DNA of 64,000 bases, from positions 11,842,001 to 11,906,000 of the forward strand of contig CM060734.1 of assembly GCA_030704615.1 (NCBI GenBank). The letters are read 5' to 3'. Below are positions 38,296-51,620 of the stretch, piece after piece. Numbering within the stretch: position 1 is the first letter of the stretch; every line of letters starts with the position of its first letter. A program made the translations under genes and the position numbers. The DNA is from Takakia lepidozioides (taxonomy: Eukaryota > Plantae > Bryophyta). The notes below the pieces were generated by a model. That model had not been told where the DNA came from. It worked only from the letters and a program-made list of their open reading frames with translations, and made no database searches.

Positions 38296-38727
38296 TCAAT
38301 TGTCTCTACCCATAGCAACATCGTTATTCGGAGACGGCCTTGACATATCAGATTCAATTTGTTCATTGAATTTTGGATCGGAATCATCTGCAGATATCAA
38401 TTCGACCTCCGAGAACTGAGGATCCTCATTGTTGGTGTTGGTGTCAGTCCCAGTATCTTTTTGAATTTGCACAACATCCCAAACGACAGGTGTTCCGATT
38501 GCTTCTCCCAAAGAGTCCGCATCCATGTGCGGATATGGCAACGACACAGAAGAATGTGCCGGATCGCAAGACACTATAACAACCAATATTGTGGGCCCAT
38601 TTAGCTGTTGTCCATGGCAACTTCCGCAACCAGTCACGTTGAGACATTCTGCTGTTGCGACGATAGAGTTCGAGCCCTGAAAAGTGAGGAAAACTTGTTG
38701 ACCAGTTTGGAACAACGACATTTCCAC
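38296..38727 (-). pseudogene. En/Spm TnpA-associated (Tnp1-like) domain exon
   Basis: VATAEC...GSCHGQQL...VVIV...SLPYP...SLGEAIGTPVVW pattern recalled for CACTA accessory proteins; cut by the LTR. Confidence 0.6.
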
Positions 38728-41269
38728 GAACCTCGCGCGATCGCGCGTGTATCCTACAATAGAGATGCTGGTGATTAATGATTTGGCACTATATCGATGG
38801 ACACTAAGAAAGAGTGAAACAATAAGTTACTGAGGTTTGTTTAGAAAAACTGAGGATGACGATGAAAAGGAACCTCGCGCGATCGCCCGCGTTTAGGGTT
38901 ATAATGATTTGGGAATTGAAAATAGAACTCGAACTCTCGGATTATGTACTAGAATGTAGAACGTAGGTCTGTATTGGTCGAAACAAAAATTTGTAGAAAA
39001 TCAAAGGATCTACTAAAGCTACGACCCGAATGTACAACATTGTCTACGACTCCATAACAGAAATAGAACTATATCGACGGGCAATCGCGCGTGGTTCAGA
39101 TGGATGAAATGAAGGACAGATGAATAATGGTAGACGAGTTTCGGATGACAAGTAAGAAAATGAATGAATAAATGAAAACATGGATGAACGAAACAACTGT
39201 AGTGCGAGTGATCATTCGAAGTACATGAAACGGTCGGGTGTGTAGGTAAGATTTTTGCAGATAGTGGATGGGAACAGAGGAGCAGAGAGACAGAAGAGAA
39301 ACCCAGATGAAGTGGAGAGGCTCTCAATATTGACAGGAGTACAAAGAGAAGAATGAACGTAAGACAGACAGTCCTGAAGATCAGCGAGCCAGAGCAACTG
39401 AGAGGAAAAAATGGCATGCGTGCACAGGGCAGGCTCTAACATGGATTGTTAAACAGTATGAGGTCAACGTGTTCACATTACATAGGTGCGTTTGGAGTGT
39501 CATGGATCGACAAATTGTTGCCCTTGATATGCTCTTTCGTGTAATCTAGTGGCTATTATGTGTCCTCCAGAGCATAAATTCAAGTCGGAGTCTGAAATCC
39601 TCCGAACATTAAGGGGTCCATAAGTTATTGCGGCCAATGCGAATAACTAACTGATTCGAGATCTGGAATCTGACATCCAAAGCACCAGAGAAGCAGCAAA
39701 TCCAATGCTGAATTAATGATGCAAGAGAAAGAATAGTCGGCGACGAAAGTGGCCGCCTCTTAAGGCCATTGTGATGAGCCGGCGGCCATTTATGGCAAGG
39801 TGACATTAAGTAGCCGCAATGAACGTCGGGCCGTAGATGAGGTGTAGGTAGAGAAAACGTGAGACCGATCAAACCCCAGATGCACGTCCCGACACCTCAT
39901 TATTGAACCTATGAATAATATTTTATCATTGGATGAAATAAGAGCCTACGCGGATGAAACAGACGTATACTGGATGAGATGACTGCCCTAGTGGATGATT
40001 CAACTCCCCTCATGGATGAGCGCCGTCATGGGAACCCGCAATAATTCCAAGGTGTTCACTTTATGAAGGCGTCGGATTGCCGCGCCGTAACGCTCTGGAC
40101 AAACTAGTGGAGTCCATTCATTACTGACAATCACGTCGCATCATTGATTGTACCTGCATAAATTTAGGGGTCCTCAGCGAACCGTTGGGACAAACATCCC
40201 GCCTTTCATTCATCCATGCATCGAGGCCACAAACCGTCGGATGCGACATAACGCCGACGGTTGAGATCACAGGTGGTAAGGCATATAAGGAGGAGTGACT
40301 GAAAGGAGTCTCCTTTTGCATTCATTTGAGACACGCAGAAGCCCTGTTCAATTTTGGACTCAGGGAAGAGGTGCGAGAGAGAGCGATTGAGCGAGGGAGG
40401 CAGAGAGGTGGAGATCGAGGAAACGAGAGAGTGAGAGATCGAGGGAGCGTGAGTTGGAGTGAGTGTGGGTTTGAGCAATTCCGTGTGCGGGGGAATGTGA
40501 CAGAGTGAAAGGAGGGCAAAACAAGAGAGTATGCTATCCCGGAAGCTGTTGTGCGCACCCGAGTGAGAGAGCTCATCCAGCCCTGCAGGGAGGATCCTTG
40601 CCTGAAATAGCATCAAGCAGGTAAATTTTTTTCCTGTTTTCTTCATGCATGCAATGAGGGATTCTTCCGTGGGCTGCAGAGATTGTAGGAAGGTAGAAGT
40701 TACATGCTTGATTGATTGCTTGCTTGATTGTTTGCTTGTTTGAGCGAATGATTGCTTGTTTTGATTGTTTTGATTGTTTGTTTTGATTTTTGGACTGATT
40801 CCAGGGTTAAAGAGGTAGGACGGTCGATAGAAGGATTGAGAATTGTGGAAGATTTCGGGATATGTACGCTTTCCTTGAGGAACGACTCCGGATTCGATAC
40901 ATCAGGAATCTTAATTTCATAAGGTTTGTAGGTACAGCAGGCAACTGTTTAGGTTTTGTAGCCTATGGTGTAGGCCTCAGTATAGGTACCATGACACAAT
41001 CCATTCACACGCGATCGGGCGTGAACTCATTTTACCATATACAGTTCTGGATACCGAACTGTGTTTTTGACTCGATTCGGTAATCTACATTATTTCCATG
41101 ATCTGCATTACGTGCCTCTCGAAAAAGGGATTCCTAGTGATTTCGTAAGCCGTAGAGAAACCTCGCGCGATCGCCCGTGTTTATTTCAGTGATAGTATTG
41201 CCAAAAATGGTTTAGTTAGGACTTGGAGCGAGGCCAATAACCACTTTTAGCAAGGGAATGGTCTGAAGG

Positions 41270-42240
41270 AACACACGCGATCGCGCGTGCTTCATTCAGT
41301 ACAAGTCATCACCTACATGAGCACTAACGAACAGTAGCTAATAACAAACTGTACGGGGTCGAAGAAACGTAGTTTACTGCATTGGATGAGAAATTGAAGA
41401 TGTGATGCGAAAGAATGCCCTGAAGAAGCACGCGCGATCGCGCGTGCTTCATTTGGTTGGTACTTGTACTCTAGCGACCAACAACAACACCATTGATACC
41501 CAGATGATTAGATGACACATATGAGGATATGTCTGAGTGCATACTCAAAACTGTAAAGTGATTCGGAAGACATTAGTTCACATTATACAATGTCAACTAA
41601 AATCTTCCGTCGCACTTTATCTGTCTTGCCATGCACACAGAGGATGATAATTCCTGTATGTGGTGGCATGGTCACTCTTATGTATGATGGGCGGAGGTGT
41701 TCAGTGTGGACCCAATAGTATACAATAGTATCCAAATATCAATCCAAAAGTCCAGGGCAGTTTGAAATATTACTTGTCGTCAACATCGATTAGGTTGTTC
41801 ATCGATTATGTCGACCATTGTTTCAGATTAGACAGTGAAGATGTGATGTCCAAGAATGGTTTAAAGAAGCGCGCGCGATCGCACGTGCTTCATTCAGTAC
41901 AAGTCGTCACCTACATGAGCACTAATGAAATTCATGTATGTGGTGGCATGGTCACTCTTATGTATGATGGGCGGAGGTATTCAGTGTGGACCCAATAGTA
42001 TACAAATTTCAATCCAAAAGTCCAGGGCAGTTTGAAATATTATTTGTCATCAACATCGATTAGGTTGCTCATCGATTATGTCGACCACTGTTTTAGATTA
42101 GACAGTGAAGATGTAATGTCAAAGAAAGGTCTAAAGGAGTGCACGCGATCGCGCGTGCTTCATTCAGTACAAATCGTCACCTACAGGAGAACTAACGAAC
42201 AGTAGCTAATACAAAACTGTACGGGGTCGAAGAAATCATT
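41270..42240 (+). repeat. Local direct duplications (~260-280 bp) within an intron-like region
   Basis: 41655-41925 matches 41935-42195; 41270-41367 matches 42140-42236. Confidence 0.85.
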
Positions 42241-43586
42241 CATTAGTACACTCCGGCATCCCCAGAGTATACACCCTCATTGCCAGGGTATACTCCGGGA
42301 TCCCCAGAATACTCACCAATATGATACTTTAGCCACCTCAGACCTGGGTCGGCTGCATTGGTTGGCACAATACGCACCTACGTCAATTGTAAGTTCCGAC
42401 CATTCAGAATCATCAGAAATGGAAAGATTCTTCACGGGCACACCGGAGTGTACTTGAACCAGTTCAGAATCTCCATGTGGTTGCACCGAATACCCACAAT
42501 AATCAGTATGATCACTTTCTGGGTACCCGAGAAGTTTTCAAGAGATTCACTGGGGGTGTGCTGAATCACCATGATAGTCCTTCATCTCAGTTTTAGGCAA
42601 GCATATATGATAGTACATTTAAACGCCACCGATGTCTCCGTTTTCGTTCTTCACTGTTGAATAATAAAGTATTATTCATGATTTTTGAAACCAATTAAAT
42701 GATCTGCAACTTTTGAGATTTCCAGCTTAATTGTGACTTTGATTTATTCCATTCCATTTATTCCATGTTGTAGTCACATTTGAATGTCCCTTATTCAAGC
42801 TTAATTGTAAGTTAGTTTCTTTCAATTCCATTTATTCCAAGTGGGATTCTCATTTATATGTTGGCCTGATATCCGTAACATTATGTTCTGTTTCAAATTT
42901 CGGCCTTTCCTCTCAATCCTGAAATAATGCCATGAGATATCTAATCCAGATAGCATAATGTTGTGTTTCATGTTCAGTGGTCAGTCAAACATACCTGCGG
43001 ATTGCCTGGTTGGCGTATGCAAGGAGATATGTGGGGAGTTCATCTCACCAAAATCACCAAACTTCAGCATAGACCACGTAGCTTTGTATACTCTTAACCA
43101 GGCGGTCTCCGAGTGGGGAATAAATCCTGTGAGTGTACCCCCTGACCACCAACTGAAGTTTTCCTTCAAGATTGGAGCAGAGGTGAAGGAACTTAATTAT
43201 GGCTACGTTAAAGATGTTGAGATGGAGTCGGACGTGGGGAATCCAATGATGGTGGTTTTCATCTTGGTCCTGGTAGAGCGAAAAAGACGTTTGGCTTTTC
43301 TCTAGAATCTCGTCGTGTTCGCAAGGCAATGATTAAAGCAACTGTAAAGATGGGATTCACTTTTCCTGAAAGCCTAATTATCATTCCTGACGTGACGTGG
43401 CCCGGTCACGTCAGACATCACGTCGGACGTGCGTCACGTCACGTCGAATCCAGACGTTTATCCATGTAATTTTTTTTATATTTGACTTTTACGATTTATT
43501 TCTACCCTTTGTAATGACATCACAGCCACGGTGTAAAACAGACGTGGCCAATTATTCAAATTTATTAATTCATTTAAAAAAATAAG

Positions 43587-45090
43587 TTCGCCCATATTAG
43601 CGGTCGATTAAAAGTTATTATTTTTTAAAATCAAGGGACCATCCATACTGGCGGTCGCTTGTAATTTAATATTTTGTTAAATTAAGCGACCGCCTATATT
43701 GGCGGTTGCCGGCAATTTATGAAGTTTTAAATGAAGCGACCGCCCATATTGGCGGTCGCTTGTAATTTATTATATTTTAAATTAAGTGACGGCCTATATT
43801 GGCGGTCGCTTCAAAATTATTATTTAAAAACATTAAGCGACCGCCCAGATTGGCAGTTGCTCGTAGTTTTAAAAATATTAAAAAAAAATACAGCGACCGC
43901 CATTCGCCGGCCGTCGCATATTTTTATTTTGATTCTGAAATTAAGCGACTGTCGTTTGGCGGTCGCTTCTTTAATTTTTTAAGAAAAATGCAGCGACCAC
44001 CAAATGGCGGTCGCTCACTTTGTTTTTTTAAATTTAGCGGCAGTGGCTTTTTGTTTTAAGAAAATAAATGAAGCGACTGCAACATGGCAGTCGGCTTTTT
44101 TTTTAAAAACAATATGAAGCAACCGCCAATACGGCGGTCGCTGTTTTTTTTTTTTTTTTAAAATGAAGCGACCGCCACTACGGTGGTCGCTCATTTTCGT
44201 TTATTTATTTTAAAAATGACGCGACCGCTATATGGGGGTCGCTCTTTTTCGCTTTTTAAAACACTGAAGCGACCGCCAATACGGCGGTCGCTCTTTTAAG
44301 TTTTTCTAAATAAAATAAAAATAAAAAGTTAAATTTTAAAATAAGTTGTTTTTAATTTAAAAAAAATGAAGCAACTACCATACGGCGGTCGCTCTTCTTC
44401 GCTTCTTAAGAAAGTGAAGCGACCGCCAATACAGTGGTCGCTCCTTTATTTTATTTTTTAATTATAAAAAAAATAAATAAAAAAAATAAAAAAAAATATA
44501 AGTTTTTATTTCTTAAAAAATTGAAGCTACCGCCCGATGGCGGTCGCTCTTTTTCGCTTTTTAAGAAACTGAAGCGATTATTGGCGGTCCCTCCTATAAG
44601 TTTTTTTATAAAATAATAATAATAAATTTTTAATATTTGAAAAAATGAAAAAAACTGAAGCGACCGCCAATACGGCGGTCGCTCCATTAAGTTTTTTTTA
44701 AATTATAATAATAATAATTTTAATTTAAAATAAAAAAGCTCTTCTTCGCTTTTAAAGAAACTGAAGCGACCGCCAATTCGGCGGTCGCTTGTTTACGTTT
44801 TTTTTGTAATTTCTTTAATTTTTTAAAAAAACAAATGAAGCGACCGCCACTACGGCGGTCGCTCTGTTAAGTTTTTCTAAAAAGTGAAGCGACCGCCCTA
44901 TGGCAGGCGTTTTAAAAAAAAAATAAAAATGAAGCGACCGCCAATACGGCGGTCGCTCTTTTAGGTATTTGTTTTAAATGAAACGACCACCATATGGTGG
45001 TCGCTCTTTTTGGTATTTATAAAAGATGATGCGACCGCCTATGGCGATCGCTCTTTTTTGTTTTTTTTATAAATGAAGCAACCGCCTATA
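43587..45090. repeat. Left subterminal palindrome array (about 27 copies)
   Basis: aagcgaccgccaatacggcggtcgct units separated by A/T tracts. Confidence 0.95.
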
Positions 45091-46907
45091 CGACAACGAC
45101 ATGTTAGTTCCGAAAATTTTGCTACTTACGAACATGAAGCGGCTTCTGCTACGTGATGCTCCAGCCTCCTGGAACAGCTCACACGTGTAGTCGCCTACCT
45201 TGCAAAGTCTTGGCAACCACTGCCTCCACCAAGCGGTTGATGGAATCTTCGGAAAGCTCCGTGGTCGCCGTTGTCATGTTCAACTGTCGGGCACTTTTTG
45301 GTCATGTGCCTAGTCTCCCCGCAATTAAAGCACACCCCATCAAAAGTCGTCATCTGCCCGCCATGTGCCGTCGTACCTATTTTTCCTTTCGGAGCACCGA
45401 GTGTCGCCTTGGCGTGCGAAGGCCCTCCCTTCGATCTCCAATTGTCATTGTCGTCGTGTGGCTCATCCCACTTTTTTTCCGACCGGAATCAATCACATTC
45501 CCGACTGACCTTCTTGTGGTTCAGCTCCGTACGGCCTTGTCTTTCACCCCTAATGACATCCGAGAAGCATTCAGCCCTTTCAATGGCCTCGTTCAAAGTC
45601 TTTGGTGGCCTCTCCTCCAACTTCCGCCTAGCCCATGGGCCAGTCCCGCCACAAATTTGAAGACCATATCTGGTTCCGCCATGTCCGCGGCTACAAGCAA
45701 CAATACATTGAAAGCCTGAACATATCCTCAAATATCATCTATTTGCTTCAAGTTCCTCATTTTGTCCTTGGCAAGCCAGGACGCGTTGAGAGGTACAAAC
45801 TGTTTTTTCATGAGTTCCTTGAACTCACCCCAACTCAAGGGCTCAGGGTTTGGCCCTTGGTTATTAAGACGTTTCTGCCACCATTGTTGAGCATAGCCCC
45901 TCAAATAGGTGGGAGCCACTTCCACCCGATCCTCGTCACTCAGCCTGGCCGCCCGGAAGTACTGCTCCAGCTCCAAGAGCCAGGTGTTGAGTACCCTCCG
46001 ATTTCGGACGTCTTCGAAGGTGTCGGGTTCCTCAGGCTTCACCTTAAACTTCGCCTTAGTTGAAGTGGCATTAGCCGCCCTCATCACGTCTTTCAACGTC
46101 CCGCCAAACTGCGCCAGAAAGCCTCGCCAGAAAGTTGGTGGCATTAGCGGCATCTGTTGGACTGGCGGGTCTCTCGGAGAGTCCTTAGGCTCCGACTCCC
46201 CAAATGTCTCTTGCTCTTGAGCGGCCTCGCTTTCAGAAGCATAGATAGCCTTTTTCGTTTGCCGCTCCGGCATCGCGTCAGCCCCACCGGGCTCACTAGG
46301 ATCATCGGCTTTCGGGCCGTTGCGCTTTCGCTTGGTCTTGCTCGGCCCCATGGTGAAGCCGATCCCAAGGGTGATCGCATACTAAACTCTAGGCTCTGAT
46401 ATCAAGTGTTGTGCACCTTATTTTGGTAAACTCCCCTTCAAGTCATCGTTACTCGCTTTGATGCGCGTGCCTAACTCCCAACCTGGCCGCTAGGCCAACT
46501 CGGAGCTTCGGCTTCTCACCAGGGCATAACGGTCCCCATTGCTCCTACACAAGACCCTCAAACTATCGAGCCCAATGGAAATTCCCTTTGGTTGATGGCA
46601 GTCCGGAATAGCTCCCACACCTTGGTCGCTTTTGGTCACTCAACGGGCTTGCACTGTTCTCGGGGTTACTACTCCATATATATATTTTGGTAGGTGTCGA
46701 CGGGGGTTTCGCAAATAACCAAGTCCTTTTATGGTGAACCACCACCAAGACCCTCGATTCCCTGTGATGAGTCTCGGTGAGTCTTGGCCCACCTGGTACC
46801 ACGGCCCAATGGACCGTGATGAGCCCCTAACGTTGCCACTACCCCCACCACAGGGGCAGCCCCTCTTGTGTTTCGACCCCCCGCCCTCAAGGCCAAGGGC
46901 CGCGACA
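45091..46907 (-). mobile_element. Ty3/Gypsy chromovirus fragment: 5' LTR (46407-46907), degenerate PBS and gag
   Basis: gag closely similar to 36230-37547; LTR TG...CA, about 200 bp shorter than the other copy. Confidence 0.9.
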
Positions 46908-49085
46908 AATCGAAATTCATTCAATGGCCCAACGGCCCATCTAGATAAGTTTTGTTTACTTTCAAACTTTAGGCCAGTATGTTCCACATACCATAAGACG
47001 AGTCCCAGTGTAATATGAGATGAAACGAAATTCGTTCAACAGGCCAACGGATGGATGCCCATCCAAATGATTTTCGTTCGCTTTGAAACTTCCGCAGCGT
47101 CTTCAGAAATATCGTCTCATACGTCCCTGAGTAATATGAGATGAAACGAATTTTGTTCAATGGGCCAACGGTGCGTTCACCTGTCATGGAGATAGAGAGT
47201 TCTGCAATAGTGAGCGAAGACAACATTTTGTTTTTTTCATTTTTGTTTGAGTGCATGAAGTTGACGACAAATCCACTTTGGAGTGCAAATGAGGCGCGAA
47301 ATCGTGGTTTAGTATCCAAATGACTTTTGATTGCTCCCAAAGTTTGCATGCACATTGCATATGTTGTCGTCAAGCCAATGGTTCAAGAATATAGCAAAAA
47401 ACAAATCATGAGCAGGCAAAATGCAGCCCAACAGGTCTAGGAGTCATACGAGATGAAACGAAATTCATTCGATTGGACAACGGATGGTTGGCCATCTGAA
47501 TGATTTTTATTTCCTTTCAAACTTTGCTAGTATGTTCGGTACGCCGTCTCACAGGTCCCGTACGAGTATGACATCAATCAAAATTCGTTCAATGGCCTAA
47601 CGGACGGTTGCCCATCCAGATAAGTTTTATTTGCTTTCAAACTTTGCCAATATGTTCAACATACCATAAGACGGGTCCCAGTGTAATATGAGATGAAACA
47701 AAATCTGTTTGATGGGCCAACGGATGGATTCCCATCCAAATGATTTTTGTTCGCTTTGAAACTTCCACAACGTCTTTAGTATACCGTCTAACATGTCCCT
47801 GAGTAATATAAGATAAAACAAAATTCGTTCAATGGGCAAATGGCTGAACAGATGGTTGCCCAACCAAATGATTTTGGTTCGCTTTCAGACTTTGCCAGTG
47901 TGCTCCATGTACCATCTAAGAGGTCCCAGAGTAATATGAGATGAAACGAAATTTGTCCAATGGGCCAACAGAGGGTTGCCCATCCAAATGATTTTCGTTC
48001 GTTTCGAGACTTGGCCAGTATGTCCAATGTACCATCTAACAGGTCCCAGAGTAATGTGAGATCAATCAAAATTCAATCAATAGGCCAATGAGGCGTTCAT
48101 GTGTCATCTAATTTTGTTCATTGCGAAAAAAAATCCTGTCATGGGTGAACGGCCAATGCACCCATTGAACGGATGAGGTTGAGGCCCATCTTTTGCCCGC
48201 ATGTGCTTGAATATGTGTGCAACACATGTGCGGAGAACCAATAGAAGAAACAAACATTTGCCTCCCCAACCACGCCCTCGCCCTTCCACCAATTTACAAT
48301 TAAATTGAATTTAAATGAATTTCAAGCAAATAAATAGGTTTACATTGTCTTTGATTGGGGTTTTCTGCTACGCAACGATTTTATTTTTGGCTCAATCTTG
48401 TTCTCTTGCTTCAACCTTCCCACCGCTACATCCCTACAAAATTTTGGACCAAACAAAAATGGATTTTTGAAAAGTGTTCACTTTGTTCACTATTGCAGAA
48501 CTCTCTATGAAGAGTGAATGAAATAGAAGACAAATCAAGTTTGGAGTGCAAATTAGGAAAGAAACTATGGTTTTGGGTCATAATGACTTTTGTTCGCTAT
48601 GAAATTTGGCACGCACATTGCATATACCGTCATTAGACATATGGCTAAAAAATGGAATGAAAAAAAAATTATGTGCACCCGAAACGCCGTCCAATAGGTC
48701 CCAGAGTAATATCACATCAAACGGAATTCATCCAACGGTTGAACGGATGGTCGCCCATCCAAATCATTTTTGTTTGTTTTCAAACTTTGCCAATACGTTT
48801 GGTACACCCTCTCACAGGTCCCGAACTAATATGAGATCAATCCAAAATTCATTCGATGGCTGAACGGATGGTTACCCATCCAAAATTTTGGTTCGCTTTC
48901 AAACTTTGTCAGTGAGCTCAATATACCATCTAAGAGGTCCCAGAGTAATATGAGATGAAACGAAATTCGTCCAATGGGCCAACGGATGGTTGCTTATCCA
49001 AATGATTTCGTTCGCTTCGAGACTTGGCCAGTATGTCTAATGTACCATTTGACAAGTCTCAGAGTAATATGAGATCAATCGAAAT
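46908..49085 (+). repeat. ~120-bp satellite array of copy B
   Basis: Same unit as 29160-31480. Confidence 0.85.
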
Positions 49086-49529
49086 TATATTGTGCTTCGT
49101 TAACTTTGTGGGTATGTTTTTCATACGTAGATCGAATTTTCGACATGATTATGAAATACGAGATTAGGCAAAATTTGTCAGGAAGACGAGCGTTCGTAAC
49201 TCGTTATAACTTATTGGTTAACATCCATTTTCCTTGTTGCCCATCTTTCGGAGTTCATTGCAGATACTCACATGCACGTCATGACCAAAATATTACACCA
49301 TTGTAAATTTGAGGGTGAACCACTTCTTCCCCATCACATGAGTGCAAAACCGGAAAAAAACGCGTTACGCTGTTCATGCAATTGAAATTTGCAGGTGCCG
49401 CACATGTGTATTAATAAAATTGGTGCATATACAAAATTGGTGGAGTGCTATCAGTGTGTTCCAAAAATTCAAGGTACAACAAAAATCCACATTGTCTATG
49501 TACTACGTTGCTACTCATTTGAATCTTCG

Positions 49530-50532
49530 TTGTCATTGTCCGGGGACAAGGGATGTGATGTTGTGGCCTGATTTGCACTGGCAATACGGAGAGCCTGGGA
49601 CCGTGATCTCGTGGTCAATGAGGGGCCCAATGACATGTGATCAATTCTGACGAGCATCCGCTTATTTTACGGCGAAAGTTGACTTTCTTGCAGAATCTCA
49701 CGACGTGGCGAGGGTCAAAGACGTCTGTAATTCCGGCAATGATGTGGTCAATACTGCGATCTGGCATTGTAAACTCCACGGACATGTCCACGTCGTTCGT
49801 TCGAACGTCATTGTGGACAGTGCTTTCATTGTTTCGAGGCGCGTCTTGCAATGTACCTTCCAACTCGGCTATGCGTAGTCTTTGTCATTCCACAAGGTCC
49901 TGCAGGGTTCGGACTAGTTGTTTTGTTTCCACCAGTTCATTCTCTAACGTTCCAGATACTTGTTGTACCGGTGCCTTGGGCACGCCTAGCATCATAGCCT
50001 GGGGTACCGGCGCCTCGCGCACGCCCAGTATCGTAGCCGGGGGTGTTCCAAACGTGTCCGGGATGTCGACGAAATGGTATTGCATCGTTACGTTCCTCCT
50101 ACTAGCTGTTTGTCAATTCACTGGACGCAACAATATCACCTCCACGTACAACATGGCTGCCAAGGTGTACGGGATTTAGCCCTTTAAGAATGGTTCACCC
50201 CACAACGTGCAATGCACCTCAGTCGCCCTATGTTGGAAATGCAAGTTTATGCAAGACCTGTAGTCCGCGCAATTGCTTCTGGTTTGCACCACATGCCTAG
50301 GTCTAGGCCACAATCGATTGATGTGACACCATTTCACGAATTTTTTGCATCTCGTGCTCGGCCACCTGAACTCTTCCGGAAAATCCTCCCATTCCTCTTC
50401 TGCTAGTATGCTAGGGTCATCATATACTTCCCAATTCAAGTCATGCCTTAACCATTTGATTTTCTTAGGGGGCAGTCCATGTTCATAGGGGTCATCTCTT
50501 CCATGACGCTCATCGTCTTGGCCCTCTGCCAT
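49530..50532 (-). pseudogene. 5' exons and internally deleted remnant of the RING-H2 gene
   Basis: ATG at 50532 (MAEGQDDERHG...); RTLQD...MPDRSID homologous to 33274-33747, joined directly to the homologue of the 3' end. Confidence 0.7.
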
Positions 50533-50974
50533 TTTGTAACAATCGGAGCAACCCTAAACGACGTTAACTAATAAGTAATGGAAAGTTAAACACTACTGAA
50601 GCAAATGTGGAAATGACTAAGAATTAAGGAACTGCGATATCGATCGAAAAATTACAATTGACCCTAAACCCTTAACACGAAACGGGTTTGAATAAATGCC
50701 ATAATAATTATTAAAAGCTAATTTTGTAGAATGAAATGTTCCCGAAAGCTAAAAGAGGGGCTATAGGAGCATTCTGCAACAACTTCACAAAAATCGCGGC
50801 AAAAAAATCCCCCCAGCCAATGGCCTCCTTCTCCACGTGACTATGTGTCGTGGAATAGTTACATGCCACGCACACACAAGTTGTGTGGAGAGGAAGTGAG
50901 GGGAGAATGAGCCTCCCTTGGCTTATCTTTCCCCCCCCTCATTCCTCGGTCCACGTGTAAGGCACACCTTCTAG

Positions 50975-51620
50975 AAACGACCGCCACCACGGCGGTCGCT
51001 ATATTTAAAAAAAACAACAAAAAAACGACTGCCAGTAATAGAGGTCGCTCGCTTTATTTAAGAAATTAAACAATGAAAATGACCGCCATTAACGACGGTC
51101 GCTCTATTAAGAAAAAAAAAAAAAAAAAAAAAAACGACCGCCATTACTGGCAGTCGCAGCATTTTGAGAAATTAAAAATATACAAGCGACCACCAGTAAT
51201 GGCGGTCGCTCTATTTAAAAAAATGAAAAATAAAAGCGACCGCCATAACTGGCGGTCGCAACATTTTCAGAAATTAAAAATATACAAGCGACTGCCAGTA
51301 ATGGCCGTCGCTCTATTTAAAAAAAATAAAAAACAAAACCGACCGCCAATAATGGCGGTCGTTCTATTTTTATTTAAAAAAAAAATACAACCGCCATTAC
51401 TGGCCGTTGCTGCATTTTCAGAAATTAAAAATATACAAGCGACCGCCAGATGCGACCGCCAATACGGAGGTCGCTATTTTTCTTTTTTAAATTAGACGAC
51501 CGCCAATGCGACCGCCAATTTTGATTTTTTTATAAAAATTTTTAAAGCGAACGCCATGTTGGCGGTCGCTCTTATTTCTAAACATCTGAAATATAAATCG
51601 ACCACCAGAATTGGCGGCTG
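50975..51620. repeat. Right subterminal palindrome array (about 13 copies)
   Basis: gcgaccgcc...ggcggtcgc units. Confidence 0.9.

Noticed and set aside
43587-45090. CRISPR-like repeat-spacer appearance of the palindrome arrays
   Set aside because: Spacers are low-complexity A/T tracts similar to each other, repeats are degenerate, there are no cas genes, and the context is eukaryotic
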